Assembly: GCA_009602725.1 (NCBI GenBank)
Contig: WELB01000006.1
Location: 784,344 to 804,743, forward strand
From: Spirogloea muscicola
Lineage: Eukaryota
Direction: 5' to 3'
DNA length: 20,400 nucleotides
Shown: in pieces, positions 8,836-18,563 of the stretch
How the letters are laid out: the number at the start of each line of letters is the position of its first letter
How positions within the stretch are numbered: the stretch's first letter is position 1
Position numbers and translations under genes: made by a program
The notes under the pieces: generated by a model
Seen by the model: the letters and a program-made list of their open reading frames with translations, nothing else
The model's database searches: none
What the model was told of the DNA's origin: nothing

Positions 8836-11800
8836 ATGGTGCTCTCCACGCTCGGCGATGGCGATTTGGAGGACAGCACCGTCGACTCCGTCTTCGCGTC
8901 ACGCTACAACCGCGCGGTCCTGCCCAAGTGAGCTGCGCCGCTCCCCCGGGGGCCTTCCCCTGGAGCTCGCCGCGCTTAGCGACGACTGCCGTGGCGGCCC
9001 TTTTGAGCTTGCCGCCCGCGCCGCTGCAAGGCGTTCTCGTGGCTATGCCGAGGGCCGCGGCTGGAAGGCGCGCCGAGCTCAGCTGCTCGCGCCTGCAAGC
9101 TCGTCTCAGCACCCTCGGGCCTCCTCCTCGTCCCGGCCTCCGCCTGCCTGCGCCTGACTTCAGGCATCCCACTCTTCTGGCTAGACGAGAAACATCACTG
9201 TACACCCGCCCGACTCTTGCAGCAGGCAGTGGCAGCTCGCCAGCTCGCCAGCTTCAAGCATGTGCCGCTCATCCGTTCCCTGGTCCACTGGTTTGTGAGG
9301 GCAGGTTCCGGATGCCGGACAAGGAGATGGGCAAGGACGCGGCGTACCAGATCATCCACGACGAGCTGATGCTGGACGGCAACCCCCGCCTGAATCTTGC
9401 ATCTTTCGTGACCACCTGGATGGAGCCGGAAGCTGACAAGCTCATCCTCGAGTCACTGGCCAAGAATTATATTGACATGGACGAGTACCCCATCACCACC
9501 GAACTCCAGGTGCTGCCTGCATGCAGCCCTGGCACGGCGTTCCGAATACCGCTTGTCATCCCCGGATAATCAGCAGCAGCACACAGCCAAGGGCGTCAGC
9601 AGCCTTGGCCTTGGCGTGCTACTGGTGCTGAAGATGTGGTCTTAAGACCACTGAGGTGGCAAAAGCTTTGTCTTTCGTCCAAAGGCTCTGAGGCAGCTGC
9701 TCTGCGCATGGCTAAAAGTGATCATGCTCCTGCAACGTGCCTGCTTTTTCCCCGCAGGATCGGTGTGTGAATATGATCGCCCGTCTTCTCAACCTGAACC
9801 TCAGCGACGGGCAGGCTGCTATCGGAACCGGGACTGTGGGCTCGTCAGAGGCTATCATGCTGGCAGGGCTTGCCCTGAAGCGCAAGTGGCAGCTGAAGCG
9901 TCAGGCAGCTGGAAAGCCCTTCGATAAGCCCAACCTGGTCACTGGTTCAAATGTCCAGGTAATGGAGCAGCCAATGGTAGACAGGGCTCCCACTGGACAG
10001 GTCCGGATGCATCATCATTTGCCCTTTCTTTTCTTGTCACTCTTTTCAGGAAGGGGAGATGCTCACTTGGATACAAGATGGGGCATTCAGATTGCAATGT
10101 TGCATCAAACATGGACTTTGACATTTGACAAAAACATTGACGTCAACATTTACATGCTCATGATCAGGAAGTGTCTGACTCCATCCGCTTGATAAGCTAA
10201 GCAGGCAACTCAATGGCAACCAAATGCAGGTCTGTTGGGAGAAATTCGCAAAGTACTTCGAAGTAGATTTGAAGACTGTGAATCTGAGGCCGGACTACTA
10301 TATCATGGATCCTGAAAAGGCGGTCGAGCTTGTGGATGAGAATACCATCTGCGTCTGCGGTATCATGGGGAGCACCTACAACGGGGAGTTCGAAGACATC
10401 AAGCGCGTCAATGACCTGCTCACGATCAAAAACAAAGAGACAGGGTATGAGTCTGGCATCTCTGTCAACTCAACTGCTTATGCAAGCAGAACATCTTCCT
10501 GTATCTTCGTTACCTACCTCCAGTGGTCAAGGTGCTGAATATCCCAGTGACGGTCTTCTAGACCTACTAGGCTTGGTGAGGGACACCGTTGCACATCTGC
10601 TAAGTTGCACACTTATAGCCTCAGAATGAAAGCTGCCCTGCTTTGCTTATGGCCAGATATGACTGTCCGATCCACGTCGATGCTGCAAGCGGTGGCTTTG
10701 TGGCCCCGTTCCTTTACCCGGACTTGGAGTGGGATTTCCGCCTGCCGTTGGTGAGGAGCATAAATGTTAGTGGCCACAAGTACGGGCTTGTGTACGCGGG
10801 TGTTGGCTGGGTTGTGTGGCGCAGCAAGGATGATCTTCCCGAGGACCTTGTCTTCCATATCAACTATCTGGGGGCTGACCAGCCCACATTTACTCTCAAC
10901 TTTTCTAAAGGTAAGCATCCATATTCTTAATGTCCTGGTATGCCAAACGCCTACTCTTGATGTCCTGGTGTGTCAAACGCCTACCCTTATGTGAAATCTG
11001 TTGCCCTTCCGAGTGTACACGCTCTGTGACACGTGAATTTACAATGTTACAATCATGCTGAGCAGGTGCCAGTCAACTGATTGCCCAGTATTACCAATTT
11101 ATCCGACTGGGATTTGAGGTCCAAAGCTCACTGCTATCATGAATGTCATCTTCCAACTCTGTGTTATCTTGAGGCTCAAGACTTGCTGCATGGCCTTGTT
11201 AGATTAGTGCTTGCTTGCCATCCCGGATGCAGAGGCAAAGTACAGAGTCATTGATCAAGAGCTGCATGTGGGCTTTCAAGCAAAGCACACTGAAGCCTTT
11301 GACCTCATCACATGTCAGGGTTACCGGCGGGTGATGAAGAACTGCAAGGAGAACTGTGCTTACTTGAAAGATCAGCTGGCAGAGCTGGATCGCTTTAACT
11401 TCCTCTCTAAGGACGAGGGAGTACCAGTTGTTGCATTTTGCCTGAAGGATCGCTCCCAGCATGATGAGTACGAGATAGCAGAACACCTGCGCAGATACGG
11501 CTGGACAGTTCCTGCCTACACAATGGCCCCGGATGCACAAGAGTGAGTCAGTAGTTTCTGAGCAGAGTCCATTGCCCATGCATGAGCGTGCAAGGTATGC
11601 TCACAGCTCTGCAGCTTGTATCTGTACCACTGAGCTGTACATTTAGTTAAGCAATGGCGTGCCATACATGTCTATAAGTTTGACATTATTGGTTGGCTTG
11701 GATTTGCAGCGTGAACCTTCTTAGGGTTGTTGTAAGAGAAGACTTCAGCCGCACACTGGCAGATAGGTAGGCGGAGCAAGCTCTCATATCGTCTACTGCA

Positions 11801-12171
11801 CTCCACAAGACTGGTTGCTGTTATCATTGGCCCACCTCGAATGTGGACTTGGTGAAATATGTCATGCTGGTGCTATGGCCTTGTTTGCAAGTACGACGCC
11901 TTGTCAAGCCTTTTGTAACTTGCTTCACAGGCTTGTGGACGGTATCAAGGAGACTCTGAAGTACTTGGACCAGCGGCCAGCAAAGGAAGTGGAGCACCTG
12001 GCTGTCAAGCTAGCAGACAAGGGCGTCCATCCCCACAAGAAGGCCAAGAAGGACGAAATCAATAAAGAGGCTGTGAGGCTTGCAAATGCGCTGGATAAGA
12101 AGCATCTGAAGTCAGGGACTTTCAAGGTCTTCAAGAAGCAAGGCTTACCCAAGACAAATGGCGTGTGCTAA
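8836..12171 (+). CDS. GAD: Glutamate decarboxylase (PLP-dependent, plant type). 9 exons: 8836-8927, 9305-9509, 9758-9958, 10230-10444, 10657-10910, 11066-11118, 11319-11542, 11710-11766, 11931-12171
   Basis: gccATGG start; motifs [50 protein letters not shown] lysine in [23 protein letters not shown] and C-terminal KTNGVC*. All eight introns are GT-AG and phase-compatible. Confidence 0.97.
10925..10990 (+). repeat. Intronic 30-bp tandem duplication in GAD intron 5
   Basis: ATGTCCTGGTATGCCAAACGCCTACTCTTG followed by ATGTCCTGGTGTGTCAAACGCCTACCCTTA. Confidence 0.9.
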
Positions 12172-12842
12172 GCGGGGGAGCATATGCTGCATATGTGGCA
12201 AGTGACTCAGAACAGAAGATCCTTGGTGTTGCTTAGTTGCTCCCTGTCGGTCAGGGGCTTCCACTAGGGCGTTATGAGCTGCTCTCATACCTCTGCCATT
12301 AGTGGGTGGTCATTTTGCAGCATCTCCTTTCTTCAAGCACGCTCCATGCCATTACTGGTTAGGATAGCAAGCAACGATGCATGGTTGAATATATGCTGCA
12401 TGTCTGAGAAGCAGGCGTGAGATGGCAGGCTTTTGCTCTGCCAGATGCCTTGCAGTGTAGCATGCATGTACCCCTTGCTGTGGCGTGCAGGTGTACCAAC
12501 CACTGTCTATGAGCATTGCTATCCTACAGTGGAAGTTCTGAGGCTGAGTTAGCACGACTACTTGCTGTTATAGAAACTCTCTGTCGATATGTCAGAGAAG
12601 CATCTCAGCATCTTGAAAAGTGATTGCTTAGTTATTTTCTTGAGGGCCCGTTTACATATGCCTGTCTGTTTGGAAGCCACTGACTCTGCAAGCATCACCC
12701 GAGTGAGAAATTAACGGTGACAGATATGAGAATATAGTCTTGCACTGAACCCCTTGAGTCTGTGCATGCATCTATTGGAGCTTTCTTCGAGGACACGATT
12801 GTCTGAAGCTGACAGAATGACAATGCTCTTGCTATTTTAAAT

Positions 12843-14339
12843 TTAGTACGTGCAATCAGCAATTAGTGGTTGCACAGAAGAGATGAAGTCCTCTGTCTGC
12901 ATGCCTAATTTGAGATCCACCTGTCCTCCACCCATCCAAAAAATTGGTGGCTCCAGCTTGGTAATAGCCTCGGACAAAATGACCTGCAAGTGCACAGCAC
13001 AAGCACTTGTCATGCACTTAGACATGGGTGGGATATCTGGGTCCACCCAGATATTCCACATGGTGACAATCACAACTAAAGCATGTTGCAAAAGCAAGCA
13101 GGAGCAACTCCACAAAAAGAATACCGTGGATGTGGCTCCTCCTCGAGCACAGGGGTCAAGAACATCATTCACTTACTGGAATCCTTGTCCTCATACCAAT
13201 GGGGGTGACAGCATTGTGCTCGAAGCCTGTCAATTGGGCAGACTCATCTTCGGGGGCAAGTCTCACTGTTTCAAGTGTAGTCGCAGTGGTGAGTGAGAAA
13301 GAGGTAAGAAGCACGCTGTGTTGAGTGCGGGCATGAGTACTGCCTCTTGACATATAAACAATTAGAAGCAACAAGACAATCAGCTGCTTGAAGGCCATCG
13401 ATAAGTGGTGCTCACTGTTGTACCGCTTCTTTGGCACTTGCCCTCCACTGAGAGAGTGGACAAACACGCGCACCTTCTCTGCGTGAAGCCTAGCAGTGTA
13501 CTGCGCAACACATGGTTGATTGAGCTCCTCAGCATCATACCAGATTGTGACTGATGCCATAGTCTACTGATGCCTAGTCTACCATGCAGAGGGTAACCAG
13601 GGCGAAATCGCAGGTGACGTGCAACTACGATGTGGCCTGCTGCACCCTGCTAGTCACGAAAGCTCTGCACATTCCTTCAAGTTGACCACCCTTTCCAGCA
13701 GAAGGACCCACCTGCAGGACGATGACGTAGTACTTGGAATTGTTGGCATTTCGGCAGTCGGTCACATCGGGGCCAGCTTGGGTGTTGACCTTGCCCCAGA
13801 AACGACAGAGCCACGGGCCTGGGGCTCGTCAGGAATGCAGATCACTGCCACTGCGCTCAAAGGCCAACCACAGCAGGCCCATCTCAACGTGCTCTCAAGA
13901 TAGCGACCTCTCCGTGCCCAGGTCGTGTAATGCGCGTGCCCGGGATGTGGAGACAGAGGCGAGCCTGGGCTGCAAGCTCTCAGAGGGTCGGGCCGCCCTC
14001 GGCTAGCAAAGGAGTGGGGCACAGTGGGGCTCAGCGGGGGTGGGCACCATGACGATGCTCTTGCACAGGTGGTGGACGGTCGCGGCGCCCAGCAGCGCCC
14101 GCCGGCCCTCCATGGGGCGCTCGTAGTAGTCCGCCGGCACGCGCACGAAGCGCGCCGACTGCACGCCCGCCAGCGCCAGCAGCCTCTCCAGCCGCAGCTG
14201 CGTCGCCGGCTGCTCGCCGGCGGCTGCCACGCCGGGTCCGGGACCGGCTTCGTCGCCGTCACCGCCGCGGGCGCGGGGAAGGCCCGTGGCGGAGACGGTG
14301 TCGCCGGCGGCGGCGGCGGAGGCGACGGCGGCGGCGGCG
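12843..14339 (-). CDS. YbaK/ProX aminoacyl-tRNA editing-domain family protein. Exons 14339 (open into gap)-14048, 13789-13712, 13500-13416, 13265-13177, 12983-12843
   Basis: Spliced product: RFVRVPADYYERPMEGRRALLGAATVHHLCKSIVM|VNTQA...NSKYYVIVLQ|YTARL...KKRYN|MRLAPEDESAQLTGFEHNAVTPIGM...|VILSEAI...FWMGGGQVDLKLG. These are typical plant YbaK-domain motifs; GT-AG introns are in phase. Confidence 0.9.
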
Positions 14340-15258
14340 NNNNNNNNNNNNNNNNNNNNNNNNNNNNNNNNNNNNNNNNNNNNNNNNNNNNNNNNNNNNN
14401 NNNNNNNNNNNNNNNNNNNNNNNNNNNNNNNNNNNNNNNNNNNNNNNNNNNNNNNNNNNNNNNNNNNNNNNNNNNNNNNNNNNNNNNNNNNNNNNNNNNN
14501 NNNNNNNNNNNNNNNNNNNNNNNNNNNNNNNNNNNNNNNNNNNNNNNNNNNNNNNNNNNNNNNNNNNNNNNNNNNNNNNNNNNNNNNNNNNNNNNNNNNN
14601 NNNNNNNNNNNNNNNNNNNNNNNNNNNNNNNNNNNNNNNNNNNNNNNNNNNNNNNNNNNNNNNNNNNNNNNNNNNNNNNNNNNNNNNNNNNNNNNNNNNN
14701 NNNNNNNNNNNNNNNNNNNNNNNNNNNNNNNNNNNNNNNNNNNNNNNNNNNNNNNNNNNNNNNNNNNNNNNNNNNNNNNNNNNNNNNNNNNNNNNNNNNN
14801 NNNNNNNNNNNNNNNNNNNNNNNNNNNNNNNNNNNNNNNNNNNNNNNNNNNNNNNNNNNNNNNNNNNNNNNNNNNNNNNNNNNNNNNNNNNNNNNNNNNN
14901 NNNNNNNNNNNNNNNNNNNNNNNNNNNNNNNNNNNNNNNNNNNNNNNNNNNNNNNNNNNNNNNNNNNNNNNNNNNNNNNNNNNNNNNNNNNNNNNNNNNN
15001 NNNNNNNNNNNNNNNNNNNNNNNNNNNNNNNNNNNNNNNNNNNNNNNNNNNNNNNNNNNNNNNNNNNNNNNNNNNNNNNNNNNNNNNNNNNNNNNNNNNN
15101 NNNNNNNNNNNNNNNNNNNNNNNNNNNNNNNNNNNNNNNNNNNNNNNNNNNNNNNNNNNNNNNNNNNNNNNNNNNNNNNNNNNNNNNNNNNNNNNNNNNN
15201 NNNNNNNNNNNNNNNNNNNNNNNNNNNNNNNNNNNNNNNNNNNNNNNNNNNNNNNNNN
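14340..15258. other. Assembly gap (919 N)
   Basis: Run of N, beginning in a GGC-rich tract. Confidence 1.
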
Positions 15259-15712
15259 AGCAGGCCGTGCTATGGCCGCCGCCTCTGGGTCTCGGCGGAG
15301 TGCCTCTTTCCCAGCAGCGAGCTACTCAGACCTGATGTTGCTCACTCGTGGGTACTGAGCTTCCCTCTGCATCGTCTCTGTGTTCTGCAGTGTCTTGTAG
15401 TGTAGTCCTTTTTCCGGCTCCTCTTTCTTTGGCTTTGGACATTGTCCATTCTTTTATTTGGACTCGCTTTGCCAGCCCCTCTTCTCTATGGGCGCGCACT
15501 TCTTCTGGACGTCTTTCCGTGCAGCGAGCTACTCTGACCTGATGTTGCTCACTCGTGGGTGCTGAGCTTCCCTCTGCATCGTCTATGTGTTCTGCAGTGT
15601 TTTGTAGTGTAGTCCTTTTTCCGGCTCCTCTTTCTTGGGCTTCGGACATTGTCCATTCTTTTTTGAGCTGGCTTTGCCAGCCCCTCTTCTCTATGGGCGG
15701 CGCGCACTTCTC
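15259..15712 (+). mobile_element. Element 3' end (ORF tail 15260-15358 plus terminal motif), with a 207-nt tandem duplication (about 15305-15511 and 15512-15712)
   Basis: AGRAMAAASGSRRSASFPAASYSDLMLLTRGY*; the second unit reads AASYSDLMLLTRGC*. Each unit ends in TTGTCCATTCTTTT...GCTTTGCCAGCCCCTCTTCTCTATGGGCG..CACTTCT, similar to the copy at 4991-5057. The repeat is certain; the element class is inferred. Confidence 0.65.
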
Positions 15713-15824
15713 TCTCTTATAGCCGCTCTTCTGATCTCAGCAGCCGCATTCCATTCCGCGTTCGGAACAGCTGCTTCTCACCTTCGTGCTCAGCGGCCGC
15801 TCCTCTTCTCATGCGCGGCCATCC

Positions 15825-15827
<3 letters not shown>

Positions 15828-15860
<33 letters not shown>
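15828..15860 (+). repeat. (CGG)11 microsatellite ending 9 nt before the thymidine kinase ATG
   Basis: Direct reading of the sequence. Confidence 0.95.
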
Positions 15861-15869
15861 AAGGACCGC

Positions 15870-17567
15870 ATGCTCCTGGCCCGCGTGCTCTCCTCCTCTC
15901 TGCTCCTGGCCAGGGCCGCAGCGGGCCCCCGGGCCACTGGCATGGCCGCCGCAGCCGCTGCAGCCGCCGCCGCCGCCGTATGGCAGCTGGGCGCCCAGCA
16001 CTGCGGCTCGGCGGCTCGCGGCGACGAGGCCGTGACAAGCTGCCGTCTCGCCAGCCAGCAGCGCGGCCGCCCCGGGCGCTGGCGGACGGCCCCGCTTCTC
16101 GGCTCCTTCGTCTCCCAGAGCAATGCCGGCGAGGGGGCTGCTCCGGCGCGGGAGCCGGAGGTCGCAGTGGAGCGGACAGCGGCCGGCGCTCCCGGCGATT
16201 CGGAGGCGGCGGCGGTGGCGGCCGAGAGGCCGTCGGAGGGGCAGCGAGCGCACGCGGGAAGCATCCACCTCATCGTCGGCCCCATGTTTGCCGGCAAGAC
16301 CACGCGGCTCCTCGCGTGCGTGCGGCAGCAGGGCTCCGCGGGAAGGTAATCACGGCACACCTGCGGTCTTCCGAGACGTGTCTCATGCAGGCAGCACCTG
16401 CAGAAGGTGAATGCTGTAGCCGCTGTGCTTGCGGCTCGGGGGGGTTTTGGGTCTGCAGTTTAGGTGTTCAGCGTGCATGGTTTCAGGTGTTCAGCTTGCG
16501 GGGCTCGTGGTGCGTGGCCCCTGTTTGCTACACCAAGTGAGGTTCTTTTGTGTGCGATGAGCCACGGGGGTTGCACCGCAGTTACGATCTTTACACTTTT
16601 AAGAAGCGAGTGGAGGCTTCATATCAAGGCCCGGGCTCGTGTAAGACTGCAGCGCAGCCCCAAGCTTGCACGAGCTGCAAGCCCATCGCTCAATGCCTTG
16701 ACTGTGCCCAGTGCCCGTGCCTGACAGGAGGATCGAGCTCGTCAAATCAGCCAAGGACAAGCGATATGGCGAGTACACGGTTTCGTCGCATGATGGCCAG
16801 CACATGCCCTGCACTCCTCTCTTGCGCCTTGGGGACTTGCGCAGCAGGATCGGCCCCCAGCGGTATAGCAAGGTGCCAAATTTATGCCTTCTTGTGCAGT
16901 CGTAGCCTTATCTGCAACCAAAATCAAAGTTGTCACTGTGTTGTAAGCCTTGCAGACTGCGTCGCTGAAGTGGGGGCCTTGCTGAGTGTAATTGTGAGCG
17001 GTCTTACATCTCCACGAGCCCCACTACTGAGATTCAGATTGGGACCAGGCGGAGGTCATTGGCATAGACGAAGCGCAGTTCTTCGGCGACCTTGCAGACT
17101 TCTGCTTGAGGGCGGCAGATGAGGACGGCAAGATCATCTTTGTGGCTGGCCTGGATGGCGACTTCAGAAGGTAACCACACTGGACGACAAATGTGACTCC
17201 CTGCCAGCCTGTTGCAGCTTACTCGGCTACATTGTCATAGAACTGCCAGCTGAGGAGTAAATTATGTTAAGCTTCTTGAAGCTTTCTATGCTGGTCTGAC
17301 ATCAAATCGTCATGTGAATGCAGAGCAAATTTTGGCTCAGTGGTTGACCTCTTGCCCTTGGCTGACTCTGTGGAGAAGCTGCTGTCAAGGTGCGCCCTTT
17401 GCGGCCAAGAAGGTGTGGCTCCATTCACGGTTCGCAAGACCGCAGACACGGAGGTGGAGCTAGTTGGTGGGGCCGACATTTACATGCCGTGCTGCCGTCG
17501 TTGCCGAAAAGGATTCCTAGACTGTCAACAGTCTGTGCTCCATGTTCACGTAGCTGAGTTGGGGTGA
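15870..17567 (+). CDS. TK1: Thymidine kinase, TK1 family, with a long Ala-rich N-terminal extension. Exons 15870-16345, 16728-16872, 17049-17170, 17324-17567
   Basis: [14 protein letters not shown] (P-loop), [30 protein letters not shown], Zn-lasso CALC...CRRC and [13 protein letters not shown] introns are in phase. The choice of start ATG is less certain. Confidence 0.95.
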
Positions 17568-18563
17568 AGTCTGTGTAGACTTGACCCATGGCTTAGGTCG
17601 CACACCCAAGTAAAACAGAAGCACTCTGAAGCCTTCCTTTCAGATGCTGTGTACAGACAGATGAACATCCCCTTGCGGAAGGGCACGTGTAGATGTCAAT
17701 CTAGTCCAGGTAGCCCAGCTGTTGATCAATTGCCCCGTGCAGCGTTATCAGGGTGCAATACATCTCTGATTGGAATCAAGCATTAGCCTAGGAGTACTAT
17801 ATCTTCTGCTTACAGACTCAGCAGGTGCAAGATTGAGAGCCTGGAGATCCCTTTAGTTGCACTATCTGCACCTGCGAGCGTCTGTTCTGATTCTCTAAAG
17901 AACACAACAGTGCCCAGCTCAGATCAGCTCTTATACACGAGTCTAGGCCACAATTCGGTGTACCGAAATGCAAACCCATGCCTGCATGGCTCTGCAACAG
18001 GGATAACACCTTACGCCTGCACCAGTGATAACACCATTTGATTGATACTGAAGAGAACGGGAGATCTATTGTTGTCATACCAGACTTTAGCTAAGACCGT
18101 GGATGTGCTCTTTGCCTCTATATGACGACAATATGTCTCTCTCTGCTATTGATGCCAGAGCCAATGGCCAAATAGGCCCGAAGCCTGGTCAGTGAGCTAC
18201 TATCAGCAGATTACCTGAGTACACAACAAATGACAATTCGTGCTTGACACTGCGGCTCTTGCTTGAGGGTGCTCAATGAACAGATGACAGAACATGTCAT
18301 GAGAAGTCTCAAAAAACCTGTCGCCCTCACCACTAGTCAGTTGCATTGAGCTTGATTTACAGACTCAGCTCCTTTGAAACCCCTTGACAGGGCAGCTGCT
18401 TGTGCTATGGATCGTGCATAATAGCAGACCGGAAAGCATTGCTGGATTCAAGGTGTTGATCAGTCAGGAAACTGGCCTTCGCGGCCTTACCTTGTGCAAC
18501 AAAGAATGTGCAGAAGAATCTGTACACTACCTACGAGTGCCATCAGTACATCCCACGTGAGAT

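Noticed and set aside
7951..9304. Long overlapping ORFs upstream of and within GAD intron 1, including the 278-aa ORF from 8733
   Set aside because: Stop-poor GC-rich sequence. The true GAD start is at 8836 and only 9305-9509 of that ORF is exonic.
14024..15358. Long ORFs of 444 and 349 aa in the track
   Set aside because: Artefacts of reading through the N gap. Only the tail 15260-15358 is meaningful.
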